Position numbers and translations under genes: made by a program. Below the pieces are notes generated by a model. That model did not search any database and was not told the origin of the DNA. It saw only the letters and a list, made by a program, of their open reading frames with translations. Positions 1 through 10,238 of a stretch of DNA of 64,000 nucleotides are shown in pieces. Numbering within the stretch: position 1 is the stretch's first letter; each line of letters begins with the position of its first letter. Where the stretch lies: IMG/VR virus record IMGVR_UViG_3300027541_000009, positions 124,001 to 188,000 of that record, one strand, 5' to 3'.

Positions 1-582
1 CCAAATTGTGGACAAAGATATATTGATATTCCTCTCCCCTATCAAAGGGATATGTATGCAAGAAATTATACTGCAGTCTCGATTGAAAAAGCAGGAGTGA
101 CTGATGATGATATTGTTATAACAAGTGATGCTGATGAAATTGTAAATCCATTAATTTTAGAAAATCTAAATTGGTTTAATCCTAATAATTTATATGTTGC
201 AATGCAGAGAGCATTTTATTATAATCTTAATACTCATTATCATGATAATTGGAGAGGTTCAAGAATTTGTACTTGGAAAAAAATAAAAAATCTTTCTATA
301 GACAAACTGAGAGATAGTATGTGGAATGAATCTTATCGAATTCAAGATGGTGGATGGCATTGGAGTTATTTTGGTGGTGTGGAAAGATATAAACAAAAAA
401 TGGTCGCAGGTGCCGATGCTCAACCTTCAATAATAGTGAATGCCGAAGATATAGTCAGTGAAAAGAAAGACCCTTTGGGTAGAGGTGTAAATTATTTTCC
501 TGTTCCTATAGATGAATCATTTCCACAGTACATTGTAGATAATCAAGAAAAATATTCAGAATTTATTACGCCATGGAATTGA
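1..582 (+). CDS. GT17-like glycosyltransferase (beta-1,4-GlcNAc transferase family), 5'-truncated by the window edge
   Basis: Frame is open from base 1. Contains SDADEI (DxD-like) and GGWHWSYFGG motifs typical of GT17. Confidence 0.7.
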   Translation, partial: PNCGQRYIDIPLPYQRDMYARNYTAVSIEKAGVTDDDIVITSDADEIVNPLILENLNWFNPNNLYVAMQRAFYYNLNTHYHDNWRGSRICTWKKIKNLSIDKLRDSMWNESYRIQDGGWHWSYFGGVERYKQKMVAGADAQPSIIVNAEDIVSEKKDPLGRGVNYFPVPIDESFPQYIVDNQEKYSEFITPWN

Positions 583-1505
583 TTGAAGGTGTAGCACTTT
601 CAAAACTATGTGATTATTCTTTCGGAGACCAGTCTGGTCAATGGGGGAATATTTTTACATCATTTATGAAAGATGCTAATTTATTGAATCTTGAATTCGT
701 TAATAGATTATTTGAGATTAAAAAAAGCAGAGATTATATGACTCTGTTTATTGATAATATTCGTTTATATAAAAGACATATTGTTGAGGTTAGTGATTCT
801 GATAGACCATATGTCAATTCATTAATGGAAAGGAGTGATTTATTAAATCTTTGCTCAAATTTTCCTGAAATGAATTTTATTATTTTCACAAATCTTGAGG
901 ATACTCCCATTGATGATTATATCTTTGACTTGATACCCAATAATGTTTTGTGCATTTCTGCAGTAAATGCTATTGCTAATGGTGGAAAAGTTATCCCAGC
1001 TCCTTATGGACTGCAGAGAGCAATGAATCCTAATGATATGAGAGTATCTGAAATTAAAGGCGCTTCAAAAAATCTTCCAAATAATCCTCCCGGACTTTTA
1101 TATGTGAGTCACAACGAATCTTCCAATGAAGAAAGGAAGGGAATAAAAGAAATGTTCAGGAATAAATCTTGGGCAGTGGTACATGAAAATAGAGTTTCTT
1201 TTTCTGTGTTTCTTTATAATCTTAGTCAATCAAAATTTATGATATGCCCAAGAGGAAATGCTATTGATTGTCATCGTAATTGGGAAGTTCTTTATATGAG
1301 AAGAGTTCCAATTATGAAGAGGCATCTTTATTTGGAAACTTTATTTGCAGATTACCCTGTTCTTTTTGTGGATAAATACTCCGAAGTAAATGAAAATCTA
1401 TTAATAGAAAACGATCATTTATTCCAAAAAGCTCAAAAAATGGATTTGTCTGGATTGACACTTCCAAAATTTTTTGATAATATCGTAAATAAGTACACGA
1501 ATTAA
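573..1505 (+). CDS. Exostosin/GT47-like glycosyltransferase
   Basis: C-terminal SKFMICPRGNAIDCHRNWEVLY..RVPI motif. Confidence 0.65.
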   Translation: MELIEGVALSKLCDYSFGDQSGQWGNIFTSFMKDANLLNLEFVNRLFEIKKSRDYMTLFIDNIRLYKRHIVEVSDSDRPYVNSLMERSDLLNLCSNFPEMNFIIFTNLEDTPIDDYIFDLIPNNVLCISAVNAIANGGKVIPAPYGLQRAMNPNDMRVSEIKGASKNLPNNPPGLLYVSHNESSNEERKGIKEMFRNKSWAVVHENRVSFSVFLYNLSQSKFMICPRGNAIDCHRNWEVLYMRRVPIMKRHLYLETLFADYPVLFVDKYSEVNENLLIENDHLFQKAQKMDLSGLTLPKFFDNIVNKYTN

Positions 1506-2102
1506 ATGAAGTATCTAACTGATTTTTGTAATAAAGCTTTAAACGGAAACCTAGATTCTGATAGGCATATTATTACAATTTTTTCAATCGCTTTGGCATC
1601 TAAAGGTTCTACATATGTTGAACTTGGTGTTAGGGAAGGACATACCACAGAACCTTTATATGAAGCAGCAAAGTTAAATAACGGACATCTGTGGTCTGTT
1701 GATCTTAATCCACCGTCAGAATTTAAACCAAATAATGGCAACTATACATTTCATCAAGGAGATAGTATCAAGTTCCTTGAAGATTGGCCTAAGGATAAAA
1801 AAATAGATGTTGTTTATGTCGATGACTGGCATTCATATCCTCATGTTAAAAAGCAGTTAGAACTTCTTGATGAATTAGTTGGTCCAACAAGTGTTATTCT
1901 TTTGCACGATTTGATGTATGGAAGCACTGACCCATTCTACCATTCTGATCTTACACTTAAAGATGGTCAATGGGCTGGTGGTGGTCCATATAGAGCAGTA
2001 GCAGAACTTGACCCACAATTCTGGGAATGGTCAACACTTCCTTGGAATAATGGTCTTACTATTTTGAGAAAAAAATACAGTAACAAATATCATCGGAGAT
2101 AA
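1506..2102 (+). CDS. Class I SAM-dependent methyltransferase (Methyltransf_24-like)
   Basis: YVELGVREG motif I, WSVD, GDS, IDVVYVDDWH, LHD. Confidence 0.8.
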   Translation: MKYLTDFCNKALNGNLDSDRHIITIFSIALASKGSTYVELGVREGHTTEPLYEAAKLNNGHLWSVDLNPPSEFKPNNGNYTFHQGDSIKFLEDWPKDKKIDVVYVDDWHSYPHVKKQLELLDELVGPTSVILLHDLMYGSTDPFYHSDLTLKDGQWAGGGPYRAVAELDPQFWEWSTLPWNNGLTILRKKYSNKYHRR

Positions 2103-2104
2103 TT

Positions 2105-3049
2105 ATGTTAGCAGTAAGTATTCATGAACACGCGGGTTTGGGAAACCAAATCTGGAGAGCGGTTTGTTGTCGTGTCTTTGCTGATCGTTTGGGTTATGAT
2201 TATGCGATTAGTTCACCCGGTTGGAGAGGTCCATTTTTAAATTTTGATTTTGGAAAAGATATCTCTCTTAATGTAGAACAAGCATCTGATTTTTATGACT
2301 GTAGAGAACTTCCCGATGGTATCTTACATTATTATGAAGAAGAAAGCATCCATCATAAAACTGCTCCTGGAGAAATTGGAGCAGCAGATAAAAATTTCTT
2401 TACAGTAAAGGATAATACTTATATTAATGGTAACTTCCAGAGGATGTCTTATATTGAAGATTATCGAGATAAAATATGTGACTGGTTATCTTATGACGAC
2501 AAATATAAAGTCCGGGACTATTCTTCGGAAAATATCTGTGTAATTCAAATTAGGGGTGGTGACTACAAAACTGGGCATTCGGTACTACCTGCTGAGTATT
2601 ATCGATTTGCTATGAAGCATATGAAAGAAAATAATCCAGATATTGAGTTTGTAATCATTACTGATGACCCAGAGTTTGCTGGTCAATTAGTTCCTGGTGT
2701 TAAGATTGTTGGATCTGCAATTTCTGAAGAAAAGGATCCTTACCAAAAGAATATCAGTTGGTATATTTATCCTGGTGGTCCAGTATCTATTGATTATAGT
2801 ATTTTGAATACTGCTAAGTATGCTATTATTTCAGCATCTACTTTTGCATTTTGGCCAGTTTGGACTAATAATGAACTTATTAATGTAATTGCACCTAAGT
2901 ATTGGTTTGATTGGTCTCGCTCTAATGGTTGGTGGAGACCTGAAGATGGAATCGTAAATGATGAAAGATGGTTATGGTTGGATACTGATGGAGATTTATA
3001 TCCGGGTAGTGTGTGTAAGGAAGAGCGGGATAATTATTACGTGAAATAA
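2105..3049 (+). CDS. GT11 alpha-1,2-fucosyltransferase-like protein
   Basis: GLGNQIW, IQIRGGDY, ITDD and SASTFAFW motifs. Confidence 0.75.
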   Translation: MLAVSIHEHAGLGNQIWRAVCCRVFADRLGYDYAISSPGWRGPFLNFDFGKDISLNVEQASDFYDCRELPDGILHYYEEESIHHKTAPGEIGAADKNFFTVKDNTYINGNFQRMSYIEDYRDKICDWLSYDDKYKVRDYSSENICVIQIRGGDYKTGHSVLPAEYYRFAMKHMKENNPDIEFVIITDDPEFAGQLVPGVKIVGSAISEEKDPYQKNISWYIYPGGPVSIDYSILNTAKYAIISASTFAFWPVWTNNELINVIAPKYWFDWSRSNGWWRPEDGIVNDERWLWLDTDGDLYPGSVCKEERDNYYVK

Positions 3050-3052
3050 TCT

Positions 3053-4126
3053 ATGAAAATCATTAAAGAAAAAGTATTAAGCGAGAAAGAGAAGCACTAT
3101 TCATATCCAATCAAGGTTGATAGTGATGAAGATGTAGTTTCTCTTAGTGATGCTAAGAGTACGGGAATGATTTTCTTGGGCGAGAGGGAAATAAACTATC
3201 CCAAGTTGTGGGATGGTGAAGAGTTTAAACTACCATTTAATGAATTTTTATTGAAAGAATATGATAATTCCTACTTTAGAATGATAGGTATTGAAAACTT
3301 TACTTATTATTGTGAGGGAAGTAGGGTAGAAGCTTTAAATATAGAACCATCATATGTTGACTTAGAGTTTGACCGAGTATTCTCTGCTCTAAATTATGGT
3401 GGTTATATATGGCAACACTTTGTTCAAGATGCTCTACCCATTATCGCATTTGCAAGAGAATTTCTTGAACAGAATCCTGATGTAACAATTTTATTATATG
3501 AAGGTGTTAATAAGAAATCTATATCTGACTTTTTTCTCAATAAATTAAATTTAAAAAACCCAGTATATTATGTTCCAAATTATACTCCATTTAGGTATGC
3601 TGAAATTTTAGCAAGAGCAAACAAGTTATATCTACTTGATTGTAATAATCATATGCCTTGTTATTGGTGGAATAACTTTTTCTATCAAGAGGCTAATGAG
3701 TTTATATTGAGAGATGAGAAATTTGAAAATAAAAATTTAATTTATCTGAACAGAAACAAAACAGCAACCTCAAGAATTTTTATTAATGAAGAAGAAACTG
3801 TTGATTACTTGAAACAATATGCAGAGAAAAACGATTTGAATTTTATAGATTATATTGACACAAATTATACGATTGAAGAAACATTTGATATTTTTAAAAA
3901 TGCACATACTGTAGTTGGGTGCCATGGCGGAGCAAATTATAATATAATATTCTGCCCTAAAGGTACAAAATTTATAGAGTATGTGTTTACAGATTGCATG
4001 TATACATTGTATAATATTGCTAGCTCTATAGAATTGGATTACTTTATAGTTCCTAATCGCGGAACTAATATGTCCGAAGGTGCTTTAGTAAAAATAAATA
4101 AACTGCAAAGATTATTGGAGAAATAG
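3053..4126 (+). CDS. GT61 (DUF563)-like glycosyltransferase
   Basis: WQHFVQDALP, IYLNR, FKNAHTVVGCHGGANYNIIFC motifs. Confidence 0.75.
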   Translation: MKIIKEKVLSEKEKHYSYPIKVDSDEDVVSLSDAKSTGMIFLGEREINYPKLWDGEEFKLPFNEFLLKEYDNSYFRMIGIENFTYYCEGSRVEALNIEPSYVDLEFDRVFSALNYGGYIWQHFVQDALPIIAFAREFLEQNPDVTILLYEGVNKKSISDFFLNKLNLKNPVYYVPNYTPFRYAEILARANKLYLLDCNNHMPCYWWNNFFYQEANEFILRDEKFENKNLIYLNRNKTATSRIFINEEETVDYLKQYAEKNDLNFIDYIDTNYTIEETFDIFKNAHTVVGCHGGANYNIIFCPKGTKFIEYVFTDCMYTLYNIASSIELDYFIVPNRGTNMSEGALVKINKLQRLLEK

Positions 4127-4127
4127 A

Positions 4128-4667
4128 ATGGATTTTTATTTGGATGGAATGCGTGAAGAGTATTCCAGAGAGTTGACTAATAGTGTGAAGCAAAATACTA
4201 ATGTTTATACTGTTGGATGGAGACCAGATTCTCATATGTGGCAGTATGATTTCTTTAAAGAGAGGAATTGTAATATAACTCTTATTGAAATTTTTGAACC
4301 TAATGCTAATGCATTTCCGAAGGAAGAATATAATGCTACTGTAGTATGTGATTCTGTTGAAAATTTCGCTCAGTATGTAAACAAAGAAGAGAAAGATAAA
4401 AATATTTTATATTGGTCTGATGGTCCAGAGCATCTGGAGATGGATGCTTCTAAAAAACTTTTGGAAGAAGCAAAAGAATATTTTTCTCTTATTATAATCC
4501 AAACTCCAAATGGTGTTTATGAGCAAGGTGAGATGTATGGTAATATTCATGAATCTCATCTGAGTTCTTGGTACGAATCTGATTATGAAGAACTTGGATT
4601 TAAGTTGGATAAAACCCATGGACCTGCTCATAATTTTGATGCTCTGATTGGTTTCTGGATTGGTTGA
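4128..4667 (+). CDS. Hypothetical protein, possibly methyltransferase-fold
   Basis: IEIFEPN, DGPEHL, TPNG..Q...GNIHESHLSSW resemble small class I methyltransferase-like proteins of glycan loci. Confidence 0.35.
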   Translation: MDFYLDGMREEYSRELTNSVKQNTNVYTVGWRPDSHMWQYDFFKERNCNITLIEIFEPNANAFPKEEYNATVVCDSVENFAQYVNKEEKDKNILYWSDGPEHLEMDASKKLLEEAKEYFSLIIIQTPNGVYEQGEMYGNIHESHLSSWYESDYEELGFKLDKTHGPAHNFDALIGFWIG

Positions 4668-4685
4668 GAATAATAAAAATAATAT

Positions 4686-5390
4686 ATGATTAATCTTCCT
4701 GATGTAACTCTGTTTACTATAGACACTACTGGAGAAATTGATAAAACCCTTCGTGCTTTATATACAAGTATGAGTGGTATTAATTATGGTGCTGTTAAAT
4801 TAGTAACAACAAAAGAGCAAATAGAAAAACATAAAGATCAACTTGAAAATGATGGAATTATCTTAGAAGAACCTACAATAGAAGTTAATAATTACAACGA
4901 TTATAATTATTATGTAATTTATAAAATTTGTGAACATATAGAAACATCTCACTGTTTGTTAGTTCAACCAGATGGATTTGTTTTGTTCCCCGAAAAGTGG
5001 GATGATAGTTGGTTGGAATATGATTACATAGGCGCTCCTTGGGAATATGTTGAGGATTCTTATATTGATCCTTTTGGAAATCATCATCGAGTTGGTAATG
5101 GTGGATTTTCTTTGAGAAGTAAAAAACTTCTAAATGTTCCAAATAAAGTTGAAGTTCCTTGGGAGGTAAACAATAGTGATTTCTATTGGATGCCCCCTGG
5201 AGTTGTTAACTATCATGAGGACGGAAACATATGTGTACACAACAGACACATATTTGTTGAGCAAGGATGTAAGTTTGCTCCGGTTGAAGTTGCTGTTAAA
5301 TTTTCTCAGGAAGCAAGAGTTCCTGAGTGTGAAGGGATCACTCCCTTCGGATTTCATTATAGATTGCCTCCAGGAGTTGTATTAGAATGA
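4686..5390 (+). CDS. DUF5672-like putative glycosyltransferase
   Basis: LLVQPDG, YDYIGAPW, VGNGGFSLRSKKLL, FGFH motifs. Confidence 0.75.
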   Translation: MINLPDVTLFTIDTTGEIDKTLRALYTSMSGINYGAVKLVTTKEQIEKHKDQLENDGIILEEPTIEVNNYNDYNYYVIYKICEHIETSHCLLVQPDGFVLFPEKWDDSWLEYDYIGAPWEYVEDSYIDPFGNHHRVGNGGFSLRSKKLLNVPNKVEVPWEVNNSDFYWMPPGVVNYHEDGNICVHNRHIFVEQGCKFAPVEVAVKFSQEARVPECEGITPFGFHYRLPPGVVLE

Positions 5391-6187
5391 TAGGACATAA
5401 TCACTTAGGTAAAAATGGGAGATTTGGGAATCAAATGTTCCAATATGCATCAACGAGGGGTATCGCTGCTGCTCGTGGATATGATTTTATTATTCCTGAT
5501 GGACCAAGAACCGATGAAGAGTTTTATGATGAAGAAAACCAACATAAACTTTTCATGGCATTTAAAATGTCGGGACTTAAAAATGTTGGATTATTGAAAG
5601 CACCATACAAACAAGAAAGTTCTTTCGGATATGATAAAGAACTTGTGAAAAGATGTCCTGATGATATTAATCTCTATGGATATTTTCAATCCGAAAGATA
5701 TTTCTGGCACATTGAAAATGAAATTCGCCAAGACTTTACTTGGAGAGATGATGTTTGGAATACCTGCAAAGAAATATTCGATCAAGTAGTTCCCGAAGGT
5801 AAAGCAATTTCTTTGCATGTAAGAAGAACCGATCAAGTGGAGAAAAAAGATTATCATTATCTTCAGACAGATGAATATTTTGCTGAAGCACTTTCTAAAC
5901 TTCCGCAAGATATTCCTGTAATTGTATTTTCCGATGAACCAAAGTGGTGTCAGAATAGTAATTTGTTTGAGGATGATAGATTTTTAATTTCGGAATCAAG
6001 TGATAATATTCATGATATGTGCCTCATGTCCATGTGCCAATATCATATCATTGCTGCAAGTACTTTTAGTTGGTGGGGTGCTTGGCTTGCTAAAAGTGAA
6101 AAAGTTATTTGTCCCAAGAATTGGTTTGGACCAAGTTCGGATGTTGATGATAAAGATTTAGTTCCTGATGGTTGGGAGAGAATCTGA
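5387..6187 (+). CDS. GT11 alpha-1,2-fucosyltransferase-like protein
   Basis: GRFGNQMFQYA, GYFQSERYF, LHVRRTD, FSD, STFSWWGAWL. Confidence 0.85.
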   Translation: MIGHNHLGKNGRFGNQMFQYASTRGIAAARGYDFIIPDGPRTDEEFYDEENQHKLFMAFKMSGLKNVGLLKAPYKQESSFGYDKELVKRCPDDINLYGYFQSERYFWHIENEIRQDFTWRDDVWNTCKEIFDQVVPEGKAISLHVRRTDQVEKKDYHYLQTDEYFAEALSKLPQDIPVIVFSDEPKWCQNSNLFEDDRFLISESSDNIHDMCLMSMCQYHIIAASTFSWWGAWLAKSEKVICPKNWFGPSSDVDDKDLVPDGWERI

Positions 6188-6942
6188 TGAGATTTTCTAT
6201 TGCTATTCCTGCCCATGACCGTGGAGAAAATGGTTCAATATGGATGAGAGAACTGCTTGATTCCATTAAGAGGCAAACTCTTCTTGATTTGGAAATTGTT
6301 GTTTCTGACCAGAGTAAAAATGATAATATCTTGAATGTCTGTCAAGAATACTCTGATGACTTTGAGTTTAAGTATGTGAGGTATGAAGGAAAAGTTCCCT
6401 GCGAAAATATTAATATTGCTTTAGATGAGTGTGAGGGAGAGATAATTAAGATTATGTTCTCTGATGATATTTTTGTGAACGATTCTGCTCTTGAAATAAT
6501 AGACCAAGAATATAAACAAACTAATTGTAAGTGGGCATTTAGTGGATTCTGTGGAACTAAAGATGGCAAACAATTTTATGATTACAAAACTCCAAAGTGG
6601 TCTGACTATATGTTGGAGGGAAGAAATCTTTTAAGTAGTCCAACAGTTGTCTCTTTTTTGAATACTTCTAAACAACACTTTGATGAAAATTTGAAACTAT
6701 TTTTAGACACAGAATTTTATCATCGCATGAGGTGGGAAAATGGTATGCCTCATATTATTGAAGATACATTAGTTGCAAATAGAGATCATGATGATAGAAT
6801 TAGTAGTCAACAAACCTCTCAATATGATGCTGCAATTGAACATCCGGAAGGTGGGTGGTTAATCAATACCAAAGAATATCATTATATACAGGATAAGCAT
6901 AGAGATTTTTGCATGAACAGGAAGTATCCAGATGAAAATTGA
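6187..6942 (+). CDS. GT2 family glycosyltransferase
   Basis: ATG overlaps the upstream TGA. FSIAIPAH, EIVVSDQS, FSDD (DxD) GT-A motifs. Confidence 0.75.
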   Translation: MRFSIAIPAHDRGENGSIWMRELLDSIKRQTLLDLEIVVSDQSKNDNILNVCQEYSDDFEFKYVRYEGKVPCENINIALDECEGEIIKIMFSDDIFVNDSALEIIDQEYKQTNCKWAFSGFCGTKDGKQFYDYKTPKWSDYMLEGRNLLSSPTVVSFLNTSKQHFDENLKLFLDTEFYHRMRWENGMPHIIEDTLVANRDHDDRISSQQTSQYDAAIEHPEGGWLINTKEYHYIQDKHRDFCMNRKYPDEN

Positions 6943-7747
6943 TTTAAAGGAAGCAACATTTATTATTCCTATTCGGATTGAATCTCAAGATAGGTTGCGT
7001 AATGTTATTACAACAACGGCGTTTCTTCTGGAAAATTTTGATACTAATATCACCATCAAAGAAGTAGATTCAGAATCAGTTTTTCAAAAGGATGCTCTTC
7101 CCATTCTCAAGGATATTTTGGATGTTGAAATAAATGTGAACCATATCTTTGAGAAGAGTGATGATCCTCTATTTCATCGTCAAAGAGTTCTGAATGAAAT
7201 GATTGCCGAATCCAAAACAGAAATCGTTGTAAATTATGACTGTGATGTTTTGCTTCCTTTAGATTCATATCATGAAGCATATCAATCTATTCTTCATCAT
7301 ACTCACGATGTAATCTATCCTTATGGACAAGGAATGCATCAGTATCAGGTTAGAGCAACTGATGAGATTGTCTCTGAATTTTTAGAAACAAAAGATTATC
7401 AAGTGCTCGATAAGAATTCTAATCTTCATACTTCTGACTTTGGTTGGGTTCAGTTCTTTAATCGTAAAGTCTACATTGATGGTGGGATGGAAAATGAAAA
7501 TTTCAAAGCATATGCACCAGAAGATAAAGAAAGATTTTACAGGTTTACTACTTTAGATTATAATGTAGGTAGGATTACTGATTATGTTTATCACTTAGAA
7601 CATAGTCGAGGGGAAAATTCTTGGTTTAGTAATCCACATATGCAATCAAATATGCAAGAGTGGGAAAAAATTCAAACTATGAATAAAGAGCAATTAAAAG
7701 AATATTATTCTAAGCAAAATTATCTTAAAAAATATGTTAGCATTTAA
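6932..7747 (+). CDS. GT-A glycosyltransferase (GT2/GT7 galactosyltransferase-like)
   Basis: TFIIPIR, NYDCDV (DxD), GGMENENF..YAPEDKE, YHLEH. Confidence 0.7.
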   Translation: MKIDLKEATFIIPIRIESQDRLRNVITTTAFLLENFDTNITIKEVDSESVFQKDALPILKDILDVEINVNHIFEKSDDPLFHRQRVLNEMIAESKTEIVVNYDCDVLLPLDSYHEAYQSILHHTHDVIYPYGQGMHQYQVRATDEIVSEFLETKDYQVLDKNSNLHTSDFGWVQFFNRKVYIDGGMENENFKAYAPEDKERFYRFTTLDYNVGRITDYVYHLEHSRGENSWFSNPHMQSNMQEWEKIQTMNKEQLKEYYSKQNYLKKYVSI

Positions 7748-8591
7748 TCAGATTGGAAATCTTGGTAGACTTGGAAATCAAATGTTCGAATATGCAGCAG
7801 TGAGAGGTATTGCTGCCAAGCATGGATATAATTGGTGTATCCCCCCATTCAACAGAAACGGTATTGAAAATTACAGTCTTCATCAGTGTTTTAAGTTAGA
7901 ATCTGTTAAGGAGGAAAACTTAGCAGTCAGAGATGATTTTGGATATGTTCAGGAAAGGTTCTTTCACTTTGATGATGAACTCTTTGAAAATTGCCCAAAT
8001 GATGTAAGTATTCACGGGTTCTTTCAATCTGAAAAATATTTCAAACATATTTCAGATGAAATTAGAAAAGACTTTACATTTCACGATGAGCATCTTGGAC
8101 CATGTAAAGAAATGATGAGTTCCCTTGAAGGACAAGAACCGATTATGCTTCATGTTCGTAGAGGTGATCCTAATCTTACAGACCCTCGTGGATTTAAGTG
8201 GAGTTATACTCAGTGTTCTTCGCAACATCCTCCACAAACAATTGAATACTATGAAAAAGCATTAGCAGAGTTTGATGATGAGCAACCAGTTGTTATTTTT
8301 TCCGACTCTCCCGAATGGGTAAAGGAACAGGAGTTTTTCTCTGGTGATCGCTTTCTTCATTCTGAACCACAGGAAAAATATGCAGATGGTTCCTATACTC
8401 CATACTCCGATTTGTGCTTGATGTCTCTGTGTTCTCATGCTATTATTGCTAATAGTAGTATGAGTTGGTGGGGTGCTTGGTTAATTTCTAATCCAAATAA
8501 AAAGGTCATTGCACCTAAAAATTGGTTTGGACCTTCTTATGCCGATAAAGATACTAAAGACCTTTATGTAGAAAACTGGATTGTGTTATGA
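7734..8591 (+). CDS. GT11 alpha-1,2-fucosyltransferase-like protein
   Basis: GRLGNQMF, GFFQSEKYF, LHVRRGD, ANSSMSWWGAWL. Confidence 0.85.
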   Translation: MLAFNQIGNLGRLGNQMFEYAAVRGIAAKHGYNWCIPPFNRNGIENYSLHQCFKLESVKEENLAVRDDFGYVQERFFHFDDELFENCPNDVSIHGFFQSEKYFKHISDEIRKDFTFHDEHLGPCKEMMSSLEGQEPIMLHVRRGDPNLTDPRGFKWSYTQCSSQHPPQTIEYYEKALAEFDDEQPVVIFSDSPEWVKEQEFFSGDRFLHSEPQEKYADGSYTPYSDLCLMSLCSHAIIANSSMSWWGAWLISNPNKKVIAPKNWFGPSYADKDTKDLYVENWIVL

Positions 8592-9346
8592 ACCGTATTA
8601 ATGATTACTCAGAATTAAAAAATAAAATAGTTTCTTGGATTCAAAATTATGCTTCTGAGAATAATATTAAATCTCTTGTAGTTGGAGTCTCTGGTGGAAT
8701 TGATTCTGCCGTTGTCTCTACTCTCTGTGCCGAGACAGGACTTCCAACATATGTTTTGTCTATGCCTCTTCATTCATCTTTTAAAAATGATGAACTATCT
8801 GATTCTTATTCCAATGTATTGGAAGATAAGTATGATAATGTAACTAAAGTTAGAATTGATTTGACTGGTACATACGATCAACTTATGAAGTCATTTGATT
8901 TCTGGACAGGGGAAGGAGAGTTTACCAAGAATAATCTTGCAAATGCAAATACAAAGTCACGCATTCGTATGGTTACTTTGTATCAAGTTGCTGGATGTGT
9001 TGGTGGTATTGTAGTTGGTACTGGGAACAAGGTTGAAGATTATGGTGTAGGATTCTATACTAAGTATGGTGATGGTGGAGTAGATATTGCTCCTATTGCC
9101 GACCTGTATAAAACTGAGGTTTGGATGTTGGGGGAACATCTTGGTGTTGATGAACGGATTATTTCTGCACCTCCTACTGATGGACTTTGGGAAGATGGTA
9201 GAAGTGATGAATCTCAAATTGGTGCTTCTTACGCAGAACTTGAAGAGGCAATGGAATTTGGGACGGGCAGTGCAGTAAAGATTCTGCAAAGATTTAATAC
9301 TCAAAACAAACATAAAATGATTCCTATTCCAACTTTTACTCTGTAA
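8588..9346 (+). CDS. nadE: NH3-dependent NAD+ synthetase
   Basis: GVSGGIDSAV P-loop, NTKSRIRM, GTGNKVE, GFYTKYGDGG, PIADLYKTEV. Confidence 0.93.
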   Translation: MNRINDYSELKNKIVSWIQNYASENNIKSLVVGVSGGIDSAVVSTLCAETGLPTYVLSMPLHSSFKNDELSDSYSNVLEDKYDNVTKVRIDLTGTYDQLMKSFDFWTGEGEFTKNNLANANTKSRIRMVTLYQVAGCVGGIVVGTGNKVEDYGVGFYTKYGDGGVDIAPIADLYKTEVWMLGEHLGVDERIISAPPTDGLWEDGRSDESQIGASYAELEEAMEFGTGSAVKILQRFNTQNKHKMIPIPTFTL

Positions 9347-9353
9347 TTATTAT

Positions 9354-10238
9354 ATGTCTTTACACTTATCGTTGGACATGAACGGAAATAAAACTGAGGG
9401 TGCGGGTGCTATGATGATGTACCCCATTATGCTCAGTTTTGTTTCCAAATTTTTTGGAGTTGAGTTTTCTTTTTCAGGAGTTAAAGACCTGTCTCACTTT
9501 GAGTATACTGATTATACTGGTGACAGTGAATCTTGGTCCAAATCATTTGAAGAGTTTTTTAATTTTCCTAAGTTAAAAAATCCAGATGAAATAATTAGAG
9601 GTTTTTCTTTTGATCAAAATCTTGTAAATTTTATTGCAGAAAATAGAAATACTAACAAAGAAATTTTAATTGAACTTCCTCAGCATGGTGCAACTTGGCC
9701 CATGATGTGTTTCTGTGAGCAGAATTCTGATATAATTTTTACTGAAGAGTTAGTAAAAGAGGCAAAGAATAATTTGCGATTTAGTGGAGAAAAATATTTC
9801 AATAATGATGAGGTAAATATTGCCCTACATATAAGGACGGAAAATCCAAAAGATGTTGATGCCTCTTCAACCGAAAGGGAACTTTATAATTATGAGAGAG
9901 ATTTCTCTAGATATTTGAATCTGATTGACAGGTTGAAACAAAAATATTATAATAAGAAGACAGTTCTTCATATTTACTCTCAGGGATTTACTAATTCATT
10001 TGAAGAATTTGTAAATCTAACAACAGAAATGTTTGAAGTTAAACTTCATATAGATGAACATCCAATCAGTGACTTATATCATATGATATACTCAGATTGC
10101 TTTATTATGGCAAACAGTGCTTTTTCATATATTGCTTCATTTATGAGAACTGATTTGACCTATGTGAGAGATAATTTTTGGTGTTTCACTTATCCGTCAA
10201 CAATTAAAGTAGACTATAATTTCAATATTCCATTATGA
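9354..10238 (+). CDS. Divergent GT11-like protein
   Basis: EGAGA N-terminal loop, ALHIR, FIMANSAFSY. Confidence 0.45.
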   Translation: MSLHLSLDMNGNKTEGAGAMMMYPIMLSFVSKFFGVEFSFSGVKDLSHFEYTDYTGDSESWSKSFEEFFNFPKLKNPDEIIRGFSFDQNLVNFIAENRNTNKEILIELPQHGATWPMMCFCEQNSDIIFTEELVKEAKNNLRFSGEKYFNNDEVNIALHIRTENPKDVDASSTERELYNYERDFSRYLNLIDRLKQKYYNKKTVLHIYSQGFTNSFEEFVNLTTEMFEVKLHIDEHPISDLYHMIYSDCFIMANSAFSYIASFMRTDLTYVRDNFWCFTYPSTIKVDYNFNIPL

